A stretch of 64,000 nucleotides of DNA from Oscillospiraceae bacterium (GTDB taxonomy: Bacteria; Bacillota; Clostridia; Oscillospirales; Ruminococcaceae), in assembly GCA_051882595.1 (NCBI GenBank), contig JBJESD010000005.1, positions 2,369 to 66,368 of the forward strand, written 5' to 3'. Position 1 is the first letter of the stretch. The number at the start of each line of letters is the position of its first letter. The notes beneath the pieces are model-generated. The model saw only the letters and a program-made list of their open reading frames with translations. It ran no database searches and was not told where the DNA came from. Position numbers and translations under genes: made by a program. Of the stretch, positions 8,752-17,732 are shown piece after piece.

Positions 8752-8778
8752 GACAATAACGTTGAGGTGTAGTATAAT
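8750..8778 (+). promoter_or_regulatory. Consensus sigma-A promoter
   Basis: TTGACA, a 17-nt spacer, then TATAAT. A leader of about 180 nt follows before the hemolysin-III gene. Confidence 0.65.
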
Positions 8779-8960
8779 TAATTCATGGCTGAGGCATACC
8801 ATAAATTAATGCCCCGGGTCAGGTTACATAGAAATAACAGTAACACCGTTTTCCGACTTATGTAAGAAATACGGAAATATGGCTGCTGCGCGGCAAATGT
8901 ATCATACGATGATTGTGCAGTGCCGCAATAAGAATACTATCGTAGGAGATGATATATAAT

Positions 8961-9626
8961 ATGACACCCGAGGAAAACAAGCCGATAAAGCGGTATTCTC
9001 TGGGCGAGGAGATATTCAATTCCGTAACGCACGGGGTGGGAAGTCTGCTGTCCATTGCAGGCACGGCAGTGCTTATTGTGCTTGCCGCGATATACTCAAA
9101 CGCATGGGGCGTTGTAAGCTGCGCAATTTACGGCGCCTCGCTGATAATACTATACACCATGTCAACGCTGTATCACGCGATAACTCACCCGAAAGCAAAG
9201 GCGTTTTTCCGCATTATGGATCACAACACAATATTCTTTCTTATCGCCGGAACATATACGCCGATTACGCTTGTTGCACTGCGCGGTGCGCTTGGCTGGG
9301 TGCTTTTCGGAATTGTATGGGGCGCCGCAGCGCTGGGAATTGTGCTTAACTCCATCGATCTTGAGAAATTCCGCAAGCCGTCCGTAGTCTGCTACATCGC
9401 CATGGGCTGGGTGGTTATCATCGCAATAAAGCCTATGCTGGAAAACGTCTCAGCGCTGTCACTGTGGTTCCTGCTTATCGGCGGAATATGCTATACCGGC
9501 GGAATTATTTTCTACGCGATAAAAAGCAAGAAGTATTTCCATTCCGTCTGGCACATCTTCACCGTTGCAGGAAGCGTATTCCATTACTTCTCCATACTGC
9601 TGATGATCATTAACGATAGGGCATAA
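8961..9626 (+). CDS. Hemolysin III / PAQR-family membrane protein
   Basis: YSLGEEIFNSVTHGVG start, 7 predicted TM segments, and HxxxH-type motifs (HIFTVAGSVFHY). The ATG at 8949 abuts the SD, so 8961 is the preferred start. Confidence 0.85.
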   Translation: MTPEENKPIKRYSLGEEIFNSVTHGVGSLLSIAGTAVLIVLAAIYSNAWGVVSCAIYGASLIILYTMSTLYHAITHPKAKAFFRIMDHNTIFFLIAGTYTPITLVALRGALGWVLFGIVWGAAALGIVLNSIDLEKFRKPSVVCYIAMGWVVIIAIKPMLENVSALSLWFLLIGGICYTGGIIFYAIKSKKYFHSVWHIFTVAGSVFHYFSILLMIINDRA

Positions 9627-9682
9627 ATCCCCCTGACGTATATCGCAGCATATGTACGCAGCGAGCCTTTCCGCATAACATA

Positions 9683-9730
9683 AGCCCTCCTGTTGTGAAG
9701 CTTCACAACAGGAGGGCTGCTTTATTATTT
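9683..9730. terminator. Bidirectional terminator between convergent genes
   Basis: Perfect 18-bp palindrome arms AGCCCTCCTGTTGTGAAG / CTTCACAACAGGAGGGCT with T-rich flanks. Confidence 0.7.
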
Positions 9731-9783
9731 CGGTGCAAATTGGATGGGCTGTTTTTCGATACTCTTGTCAAGCGACGGTTGGA

Positions 9784-11700
9784 TTATGCATTGTGCTGTT
9801 CAAGATACTCTATATACGACCGCTCCGGAATTGGTTTGGAGTAGTAGTATCCCTGCAGATAATCCACGCCAAGTTCAATCAGCAGGTCCGCCATCTCACG
9901 GTTCTCAACGCCCTCCACCACGATGCCCTTGTCAAGGCTTTTCAGCATCATTACAGTGTGCTTAAGCACGTTCATCGCCTCTTCATTTTCCATTGCCGGC
10001 CACAGAATGCTCTTGTCTATCTTAACAATGGAGAGCGGCAGGCGGATAAGGTAGTTTGCCGTGGAAAAGCCTGTACCGTAGTCATCCATGGAAAAGGACG
10101 AGCCTGCCCGTACAAGTGCGTCCATGGTATTGATAAGCACCTTGTCATTGATGCTGTGCGCAGTTTCGGTTATCTCAAAATTGATGCGTCCCGGCGCGAT
10201 TTTGAACTCTTTCATTATTGCCAGCAGCGTAGCGGACAGGTTTTCCTGCATACATTGGATGGTGGAGAGATTGACCTCGATGTACTCCACTCCAAGGCGG
10301 AAGATGTCGCTGTGGTGCATAAATTCGCATACCTTGCGGAAGATTATTTCTCCGATCTGAACAATAAGTCCGTTGCGTTCGGCAAGCGGAATAAATTCGT
10401 CGGGCGGAATAAAGCCAAGCTCGGGATCAATAAGCCTTACCAGCGCCTCTGCAGAGGTGAACTTGCCCTTTTCGGTGGAATAAAGCGGCTGGAAATATAC
10501 CCTGAATTCATCGTTCTGAATAGCGCGCTTCATGATGTGAACTATCTGATTTTCGCGGTTCTTCTTTCCAAGCGCTTCCGCGGTAGCCTTGATAACCTCG
10601 TTGCTGTCATCCTGACTTCTTTGCTTGAGGCAGAACTCAAGCGCATCCGTAACATCCTCGGGCTTTTCGGCGAAGTCCGGATAGTCGATACTGCACATAC
10701 GCGGAGAGAGCTGAACCTCTGTGCCGTTGATGATGCACGGCTTTGCAAAGTGTGCTTTGATGCGTATCACGGTGCTTTCAAGGTCGCCGGTGAATTCGCT
10801 TATCATAATGGCGTAGCGACAGCCATACAGGTGATAGACATCGCGCGAACCGAACTCCTTCATAAGATATCGGGAGATAGAGTCGATAAGCTCGTTTGCG
10901 TTCTTGACGCCCAGAATGCAGTTGATATACTGGAAGTCATCCGGAACAAACGAAACAACCGTAAACGGTGTTCCCTTTAGCATATGCTTTTCGATAGTCT
11001 TATTAAAAGCATACTGATTAAAGCAGCCTGTCGTCTTGTCGATATAATCGTCCGGATTCTGAAGCGACACATAAACCACAATAAGGTAAAGCGCGCAGGC
11101 AAAGCTCTGAAGCAGCACATTGCTGAAAACAGCCTGCAAAATTATCGCGGCGATAAGCGAAAGATTGAAGATAATAACCGAAACGGTCTGGTACTTGGTA
11201 AGATTGCGGCGGAACTTCACGCATAGCAGGAAGCAGTGGAACAGCATTAATATTGCCAAAATGTAAAGCACCGACATCAGAGGACCGTGACAATAGTTGT
11301 TGTTTTCGTCGAAATAAATCACCCACTTTGTAATCGGTGTGCTAAAAATCAACAGCGCATCCGCCAGTATTACCGCAACCGCAATCAAGCGGTCTAACAA
11401 AGTGGTACGGTTTTCCTTTGTAATGGCAAGTACATACACATAGTACAACACAGCACATCCATTGAACGCTGCAAGATACACCATGTTTGCGGCATAATTA
11501 AGCCAAACGGGAACAGTATCCGAATGACCAATGGTATAAACCGTGGCAAGATCCATTACTGTGGCGAAAAAGTTAGCGCCAAGCATACCTGCATACAGCT
11601 TGTTTGCGTAAGAGGGAAAGTTGCGCCGTATGGCAAGCAGCAAACCAAAAATAAGAATGATAAAGCACGCGGCTATATCATATTCATAAATATACTCCAT
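9784..11700 (-). CDS. Membrane sensor with degenerate GGDEF and intact EAL domain (c-di-GMP phosphodiesterase)
   Basis: The N-terminus is multi-TM. The GGDEF position reads YGCRYA. The EAL signatures are AEALVRL, EVNLS, EITE, DDYGTG, KIDKS, EGVE and QGYY. Confidence 0.85.
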   Translation of the reverse strand: MEYIYEYDIAACFIILIFGLLLAIRRNFPSYANKLYAGMLGANFFATVMDLATVYTIGHSDTVPVWLNYAANMVYLAAFNGCAVLYYVYVLAITKENRTTLLDRLIAVAVILADALLIFSTPITKWVIYFDENNNYCHGPLMSVLYILAILMLFHCFLLCVKFRRNLTKYQTVSVIIFNLSLIAAIILQAVFSNVLLQSFACALYLIVVYVSLQNPDDYIDKTTGCFNQYAFNKTIEKHMLKGTPFTVVSFVPDDFQYINCILGVKNANELIDSISRYLMKEFGSRDVYHLYGCRYAIMISEFTGDLESTVIRIKAHFAKPCIINGTEVQLSPRMCSIDYPDFAEKPEDVTDALEFCLKQRSQDDSNEVIKATAEALGKKNRENQIVHIMKRAIQNDEFRVYFQPLYSTEKGKFTSAEALVRLIDPELGFIPPDEFIPLAERNGLIVQIGEIIFRKVCEFMHHSDIFRLGVEYIEVNLSTIQCMQENLSATLLAIMKEFKIAPGRINFEITETAHSINDKVLINTMDALVRAGSSFSMDDYGTGFSTANYLIRLPLSIVKIDKSILWPAMENEEAMNVLKHTVMMLKSLDKGIVVEGVENREMADLLIELGVDYLQGYYYSKPIPERSYIEYLEQHNA

Positions 11701-11821
11701 CTTTTACCTTCGCAATCTTCATTATGTTTAAGCGCCAAAGCAAAAAGAAGCATAAACGTCACATAAAGCTACGTCTTCTGTCACGCTTTAGCGCACAGCT
11801 GCACTGATATTGTTACTTTTC

Positions 11822-11850
11822 ATTATAAAGCAATTGTTGCGGTTTGTCAA
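11822..11850 (-). promoter_or_regulatory. Consensus sigma-A promoter of the EAL gene 9784..11700
   Basis: On the minus strand: TTGACA, a 17-nt spacer, then TATAAT. Confidence 0.6.
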
Positions 11851-11943
11851 TCAAAATAGAATGATTTTTTTAAGCTGCGATGTTTTTTCGCGCACGAATT
11901 GACGCTATCATGTGCCGAATGTCAGCGCTTGCTGCATACACGG

Positions 11944-13236
11944 TCAATCGGAGTACTCGGTTATTTCACAGAGAGCCGAGCCGAAATCAATTTTTGTTCC
12001 CAGAAAAATCGGCGCTGCCGAGCCCTGCGGAACTTCCTTTTCTTGTCCGTTGGGAAGCACGCACCTCCATACATCCGAAGTGTGGTTCTTAAGCCCCCAC
12101 AGCGAGGGATTTACCTTGTTGCGTACAACCTCGGCGGTTACTGAAATATCATCGCCGAACAGCTTGGTTCCGTCGGACAGGAGAATGCGGTTCTTTCCTC
12201 CGGCAAGAACAAGAGGCGGTGCAAAGTGAGCTCCGCACGGACAGATGAATTTTCCGTCCTCATCCTTGGCGTATGAGGGCGCAAAGCCCTGAGCGCCGCA
12301 GGTGCAGCAGCAGATATCCGAGCGAAGCCTTACAAGCAGGTCAAGCCACTGCTTTTCAATAAGACGCTTTTCCGGCTGATGAAGCCCTGTGGTGAACGAA
12401 AGTGTGAACGCCTCGCGTATGTACTCGGGCATGATTTTCCAGAACTTGATGATGTTATTGTGCACGCCCCTCACAGGTCGGTTGGAGTCGTCCTCCGGGT
12501 CATAGACGAACATCGGCTCAAAGCCGTAATGGCGGCGCTCGGCGTCCTCTGTCAGGCATACGCTCTTAAGCACCTTGCCGCCCTCAAGCGGATCGCCGCG
12601 CAGCAGCAGCCGGAACAGCAGCACTGCCAGCGAATATCGGTCGGTAAGCTTATCCGGCGCCTTTTCGCCGCGAACTATCTCGGGCGCCATATAGCCGGGC
12701 TTTCCGGCAATTCCCAAGTGCTCGCCATATGGAGCGATGTTATCGCAGTCGCAGATCCTTATATCCCCGTCGGCAGGGCGTATGAAAAAGCCGCCGTCGT
12801 TAAGGTCCTGATAGCTTTTTCCGCTGTTGTGCAGCTCGCGGAACGCAGAAGCAATGCGAATTGCAGCATTGACGATAGCGTACAAGTCCGAGAACCTCAC
12901 ACGGGCATTTAGTATATCGGAAAACGGCGCATATTCGGGCGGGATAAGCTCCATAAGAAAGCCGAATACACCGTCACTGTTCTCGGTAAGTATAAGCGGC
13001 ATCATGAATGCCTCGGATACGCTTGCACCTGACGCAAGCGCACTGAGATTTTCTCTGAAAAGCTCGGGCTGCTTAAGCTTGTTGGTAAAGTACATTTTCA
13101 GCGCGTAGTCCTGTCCGCGGTACGACGCGCGATATACCGCTCCCTGTCCGCCCTGACCCAGAGTCCGGGTTATCTCGGCTTCTCCGCCGAGCTCAAGCGG
13201 TATCCTGTCGCCGACCTTGAATGTTTTTGCACCCAT
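11944..13236 (-). CDS. Atypical Ser/Thr-type protein kinase with a C-terminal Zn-ribbon and beta-rich (possibly FHA-like) domain
   Basis: AAGAGG lies 8 nt before the ATG at 13236. The kinase-like motifs are GQGGQGAVY (Gly loop), YALKMY (Lys), YQDLNDG (catalytic loop variant), CDCD (in place of DFG) and GYMAPE. The Zn-ribbon is CCCTCG...CPCG. Confidence 0.75.
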   Translation of the reverse strand: MGAKTFKVGDRIPLELGGEAEITRTLGQGGQGAVYRASYRGQDYALKMYFTNKLKQPELFRENLSALASGASVSEAFMMPLILTENSDGVFGFLMELIPPEYAPFSDILNARVRFSDLYAIVNAAIRIASAFRELHNSGKSYQDLNDGGFFIRPADGDIRICDCDNIAPYGEHLGIAGKPGYMAPEIVRGEKAPDKLTDRYSLAVLLFRLLLRGDPLEGGKVLKSVCLTEDAERRHYGFEPMFVYDPEDDSNRPVRGVHNNIIKFWKIMPEYIREAFTLSFTTGLHQPEKRLIEKQWLDLLVRLRSDICCCTCGAQGFAPSYAKDEDGKFICPCGAHFAPPLVLAGGKNRILLSDGTKLFGDDISVTAEVVRNKVNPSLWGLKNHTSDVWRCVLPNGQEKEVPQGSAAPIFLGTKIDFGSALCEITEYSD

Positions 13237-13430
13237 GATATTCACCTCTTAATTGATTTGATAAGATGATTATAACATTTTTCTAGCTTTTTTTCAAGTG
13301 GGAGTATTTTTGCACCGTCATTATCCTTTTGGAAAATTATTGATAATGATAGTTGATTTTGCCGAGCTACTATGTTATAATAAATATGTATATTATTTCA
13401 CTAATGTCAAAAATGATCCGGAGGAATAGC

Positions 13431-15401
13431 ATGGATTTGTGTTTCAAGTTTCAGATTCTCGCAATCGGCGTGCTGTTAGTTATAATGACAGATTCTCTGT
13501 TCAGCAAAAGGCTGCCGCTGATTTCTACAAGGGCATTCCACCTGTTCTGGGGCGCCTCTATGGTAAATCTGCTGGGAGATATTGCGTCCTACTACACCCT
13601 GACGCATATGGACAGCGTGCCGGAGTGGGCCAACCGACTGGCTCACCAGATATACATAGGCTCGCTTGACGCAATTGTATTTATACTGTTCATATATGTC
13701 TGCCTGCTGTCAGGCGTTCAGCGGCGCATTCCCAAAATACTGATGCTCGGCTTTTCGCTGCCGTTTCTCGTGGCGCTTGCCTTTGCCTTGTTTGCACCCA
13801 TATACTATGTAGCGAACGAGCACGGCGCATATTCGTACGGCCCGATGGTCACTGTATTCTACCTTTCCATTGCTGTATACATAATATCTATCTTTATTAT
13901 TCTTTTCAGAAAAAACAGTGTTTTCAACAGCGACAGCTCAGTTTCGGATGTTATCGCAGACCTTAAGCGCGCAAGGATATCCATTGCCGTAGGTCTTTGC
14001 ATCTGGATCGTGGTTGCACTCGTTCAGTTCATCACAAAATACTGGCTTATCTCCGGAATGGGCGTAGCTCTTATGGTTATGTATGTTTACATAAGATTTG
14101 AAAATCCGCGCGAATACGCCGATTCCGAAACAGGCACGTTCAACCGCCGTGCATTCCATATAATGGTTCCCGAAATGTACGCCAGAAAAAAACCGTTTTA
14201 TCTCGTCAGCTTCTCCCTTGACAATATCATGAGCATCCAGAAAACCATGGGCTATGACATGACGAAAAAAATACTGCGTCAGGCTGCCGATCAGATAATG
14301 TTCGCCGTTCCGGGAATACAGCTTTATCATTCGCGCTCGCATACCCTTACGGCGTTTATAGAGAACAAGGAGGACCTCGACAAGCTTGCCTCGCGAAGCG
14401 AACTGTGGAATTTCAAATGCACCGCCTCGCTGTCCGACGGAACATTCACACCCAGCTATCACCTTACGATACTGGAATGTCCGAAATATGCCGCCAATAC
14501 CGACGAGCTGTACGATACTCTGGATTACTGCCTTTCACAGCCGTCGCTGCGCGGTGAGGGCAAAATTTACTACATCAACGATGAGATAATCAACAGCAAG
14601 AATTACCGCCTTGCTGTTCTCGATATACTGACAAAGGCAGTAAAGGAAAAGGCTTTCACCGTAGTCTACCAGCCGATATATTCCGCGCACAAAAAGCGCT
14701 TTGCCTCGGCGGAGGCTCTGGTGCGCCTTAAGGATACCGAAACAATCGGCTTTATCTCACCCGAGTACTTCATCCCTCTTGCAGAGGAGCAGGGGCTTAT
14801 CGGCGATATCGGAAACATCGTGTTTGAAAAGGTATGCGAATTTGCCGCACGCGAAAAGCTGTGGCAGCTTGGCATCGAGTATATCGAAGTAAACCTTTCG
14901 GGCGTTCAGAGCGTTGACCTCAGCATAGTCGCGACGCTCACCGGTATAATGAAGCGCTACGGCGTGCACCCGGGATTTTTCAATCTCGAAATAACCGAAA
15001 CCGCCTCAATAGACGGCGGTGATATGCTGGTATACAACATGGAGCAGTTCCGCAGGCTCGGCTGCCACTTCTCCATGGACGATTTCGGCACGGGCTACTC
15101 CAATCTGGCGCAGATGGCAAGAGTACACTTCGAGCTTATCAAGCTGGACAAGAGCCTTATCTGGCCATGCTTCGGGGATAGCGACACCGAAGAACCGCGG
15201 ATCATACTTGACAGCTGCATTGACATGATACTGCGGCTGGGCGCAAATATCGTTGCAGAGGGCGTTGAAACCGCCGAACAGGCAGATTTGCTTATCGGCA
15301 AGGGAGTTGAGTACCTTCAGGGATATTACTTCTGCCGTCCCTCAAACGAAACGGATTTCCTCGCGGCAGTGAAGAAGATGCTTGCACAGTCTAACGCCTG
15401 A
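13431..15401 (+). CDS. Membrane sensor with degenerate GGDEF and intact EAL domain, paralogue of 9784..11700
   Basis: GGAGG precedes the ATG at 13431. It has the same architecture and EAL motifs (AEALVRL, EVNLS, EITE, DDFGTG, KLDKS, EGVE, QGYY). Confidence 0.85.
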   Translation: MDLCFKFQILAIGVLLVIMTDSLFSKRLPLISTRAFHLFWGASMVNLLGDIASYYTLTHMDSVPEWANRLAHQIYIGSLDAIVFILFIYVCLLSGVQRRIPKILMLGFSLPFLVALAFALFAPIYYVANEHGAYSYGPMVTVFYLSIAVYIISIFIILFRKNSVFNSDSSVSDVIADLKRARISIAVGLCIWIVVALVQFITKYWLISGMGVALMVMYVYIRFENPREYADSETGTFNRRAFHIMVPEMYARKKPFYLVSFSLDNIMSIQKTMGYDMTKKILRQAADQIMFAVPGIQLYHSRSHTLTAFIENKEDLDKLASRSELWNFKCTASLSDGTFTPSYHLTILECPKYAANTDELYDTLDYCLSQPSLRGEGKIYYINDEIINSKNYRLAVLDILTKAVKEKAFTVVYQPIYSAHKKRFASAEALVRLKDTETIGFISPEYFIPLAEEQGLIGDIGNIVFEKVCEFAAREKLWQLGIEYIEVNLSGVQSVDLSIVATLTGIMKRYGVHPGFFNLEITETASIDGGDMLVYNMEQFRRLGCHFSMDDFGTGYSNLAQMARVHFELIKLDKSLIWPCFGDSDTEEPRIILDSCIDMILRLGANIVAEGVETAEQADLLIGKGVEYLQGYYFCRPSNETDFLAAVKKMLAQSNA

Positions 15402-15480
15402 AAATCGCGGCAAGCATAGCCGCCATTAATATGTACGCCTAATATATAATGATGCCCCACAGTTCACTGTGGGGCATCAC

Positions 15481-15860
15481 AGGCTGTCGATAAACCGCCA
15501 TCTGCGGCGTCAACCACATAACGGCAGGCACAGATAGGATGTCTGTGCAGTTACCCCAAAAGCCCGACACGACGTCGGGCAACAAAGGGCAACATGGCAC
15601 AAAGCCTAGCCGTTGAGCGCGTTTAGAGTAACACGAAGTGTTATTCGTGCATCTGACGGCTTCTCGCCAGCCTGATAATTTACTTTTTCGACAGGTTCTC
15701 CGCAAAAGCGGAGGTCGGAATGGCTAACGCCATCCCGAGTCGTCCCTCCTGCGCGCAGGTACTTGTCGGGACAGCGGTATTTTTTGCGAGGGAAACCCTC
15801 GCAAAAAATAGATTACAAATGCTCGCTGCGCGAGCATAAACTAAGTTTTTCGACAAGCTG
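15481..15860 (+). mobile_element. Composite, decayed copy B of the TIR element with nested insertions and two right ends
   Basis: The left end CAGGCTGTCGATAAACC is intact. There is a 69-bp insertion in the apical loop, a degenerate right end at about 15685-15697, and a second right end TTTTTCGACAAGCT at 15847-15860. Flanking hairpins lie at 15452-15479 and 15862-15895. Confidence 0.7.
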
Positions 15861-15924
15861 AATGGTGCCCCACAGTGAACTGTGGGGCACCATTGGTATT
15901 ATGGTTTTATCATGAAATTTTCAA

Positions 15925-17433
15925 TTACATCTTCTCGATATAAGTGTTGATCTCATCAATAGCTGCCTGAATTGCAGGCTCGTGCTCTGCACGCAGCTGA
16001 GTGTATGACTGGTCGCCTGTCAGGTAAACAAGGTTTGTCAGAGACTGTACGGGATTCTGGCAAGCAGAGCCGTCGGAAACTTCACCAAGACCGCCCTTGA
16101 AGTCGAAGATAGGAGTCAGGGGGCTGCTGCCGTCGAGTGCTGTCCATGCATAGATAGCGTCGAGGTTTCTGTCAGACCAGCCATAGTTGTTCTTCTGCTG
16201 CTGCTTTGCTGCTGCTCTTACTTCGGGATCCTGAGATACTGTTACACAGCAGTCGAGCCATGCAGCAGCGCCGTTGGGATTATCCGAACCCTTAACCCAC
16301 ATCAGAGAATCCTGCTTAGCAGTAACGTAGTGAGCGTCTGCCTGAGGATCCTTGGGGAAAGGAACTACCTGGATCTCATCATCCGACCAGCCGAATGCAG
16401 TGACGAAATTCTTAAGTCCGCTCTTGTCCTCAAATACCCATGTACCGCCGTCAGCATAGAACAGAATCATGTCATTTGCCCATGCCTTCATGTTTACAGA
16501 CCAGCCGTTAAGCTCGTGTCTGGGGTAACGCAGATTTTCCTTCTGAAGTGTAGCAAGCAGCTCCTCAGCACGCTCAACAGAAGGATCGTGCAGGTTGTTT
16601 ACAAGCTTTGTGCCGTCGTTGCCAACCATAGGAACACCGGTGGAAATAACAAAGTCGTTCTCGGGGTTGTAGCCGTCGATGCAGTACTTGTTGTCGCCGC
16701 TCTCCTGCCAGCTGCGGGAGATATCAAGGAATGTATCCCATGTCCAGTTGCCGCTCTCAAACAGCTCTCTGGGGTCGTCAGCACCGATAGCGTCGATGTT
16801 GCTCTTCTTATAGTACATGATGTTGTTGAAGGAGATCTCATAGAATGCGCAGTAGTAATCCTCGCCGAATCTGAACTGCTCCATCATGCTTCTTGCAGCG
16901 TCCCACTTGGGACCCTCAACGTCGATGATATCGCTTACTGCATTGTATCTGCCCTTAAGTACACCGTAGGGGAAGTCAAGAGCCTCGAACGGGAAGAAAT
17001 CGGGAGAGTCGCCGGAAGCAATAGCAGTAGCCAGCTTGTCATAACGCTCACCATAACTTACATTCGTGTAGTCGAAAATTCTGCCGTCGCGTTCAGCATA
17101 CTTACCTGTTGTGGGTACGCCGTAAACATCCTTGAAGAGAATAGCAGCAGGAGCGGTTTCGTCGATATCCCACCAAGCCATCCACTCGATACGCTGTGAA
17201 ACCTCGAGATCGGGATTGTCAAGCTTTGTAACGTCCATGTTGTGAACAGCCTCATTTACAGCGGAATCCTCTGCAAATGTTGTGGTGGTGGCAGATGTTG
17301 TGGGCTCTGTGCTGTTAGCGCCGCCGCTTGTCTTGTTGTCGGATGTATTGTTGCCGCCATCGCTGCACGCTGTGATTGACATAACGCAGGCAGCCGCAAG
17401 CATACCCGACATGAGTGCCTTGAATTTTTTCAT
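15925..17433 (-). CDS. Extracellular solute-binding lipoprotein (sugar ABC-type), orphan
   Basis: GGAGG RBS. The signal and lipobox are MKKFKALMSGMLAAACVMSITAC, followed by a Ser/Thr-rich linker. No permease or ATPase gene is adjacent. Confidence 0.8.
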   Translation of the reverse strand: MKKFKALMSGMLAAACVMSITACSDGGNNTSDNKTSGGANSTEPTTSATTTTFAEDSAVNEAVHNMDVTKLDNPDLEVSQRIEWMAWWDIDETAPAAILFKDVYGVPTTGKYAERDGRIFDYTNVSYGERYDKLATAIASGDSPDFFPFEALDFPYGVLKGRYNAVSDIIDVEGPKWDAARSMMEQFRFGEDYYCAFYEISFNNIMYYKKSNIDAIGADDPRELFESGNWTWDTFLDISRSWQESGDNKYCIDGYNPENDFVISTGVPMVGNDGTKLVNNLHDPSVERAEELLATLQKENLRYPRHELNGWSVNMKAWANDMILFYADGGTWVFEDKSGLKNFVTAFGWSDDEIQVVPFPKDPQADAHYVTAKQDSLMWVKGSDNPNGAAAWLDCCVTVSQDPEVRAAAKQQQKNNYGWSDRNLDAIYAWTALDGSSPLTPIFDFKGGLGEVSDGSACQNPVQSLTNLVYLTGDQSYTQLRAEHEPAIQAAIDEINTYIEKM

Positions 17434-17732
17434 GATGTACCTCCATTAATATAATTTTAAGTAAACAAATGAAAATTCTGCTTTGTTATTTTTATTATAC
17501 CGCAAATCGGCACCGATTGCAATATTTATTTCATACAATATTACAGTGTGATTTTATGTAATATCGCACATAAATAAGCCGCATTATTAAGTAAATTAAG
17601 CAACATTATTAGCAAAATTTACTTACCGGCAGCTATCTGCAAATATCATTGAAATACCACTTGCAAAAAAAGCAGAAAAGTGGTAGAATTAATATGTATT
17701 TATTTTTTTCATAAAAAGAGAGGTTGTTAACA

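Noticed and set aside
6855-8756. 633-aa ORF antisense to pckG. Similar very long antisense ORFs are 30696..32729 (opposite metG), 43814..45349 (opposite aminotransferase/trpS), 9733..10980 (opposite EAL), 24559..25710 (opposite lysS), 51327..52466 (opposite ptsI), 36621..38357 (opposite the TerB gene), 60187..61008 (opposite abfA), 16330..17199 (opposite the SBP gene) and 1038..1922 (opposite the Sel1 gene).
   Set aside because: Each lies entirely opposite a gene with unmistakable family motifs. Their translations are low-complexity, Leu/Val/Ala/Cys-rich and have no motifs or RBS. They are shadow ORFs produced by the codon bias of the sense strand.
11701-11821. c-di-GMP (GEMM-I/II) riboswitch in the leaders of the EAL and GGDEF genes (also 13369..13430 and 19733..19866)
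   Set aside because: The conserved GEMM cores (ACGCACAGGGCAAAC...GGGACGCAAAGCC-type) and the tetraloop/receptor pair are absent. Only generic small hairpins are present.
15439-15705. ORFs overlapping the repeat elements (15439..15705 -, 59082..59273 -, 59117..59785 +, 59197..59685 +)
   Set aside because: They span the structured repeats and terminator hairpins, or are antisense to abfA and the Cys-rich gene. They have no RBS, are Arg/Ala/Pro-rich, and are not conserved between element copies in any frame.
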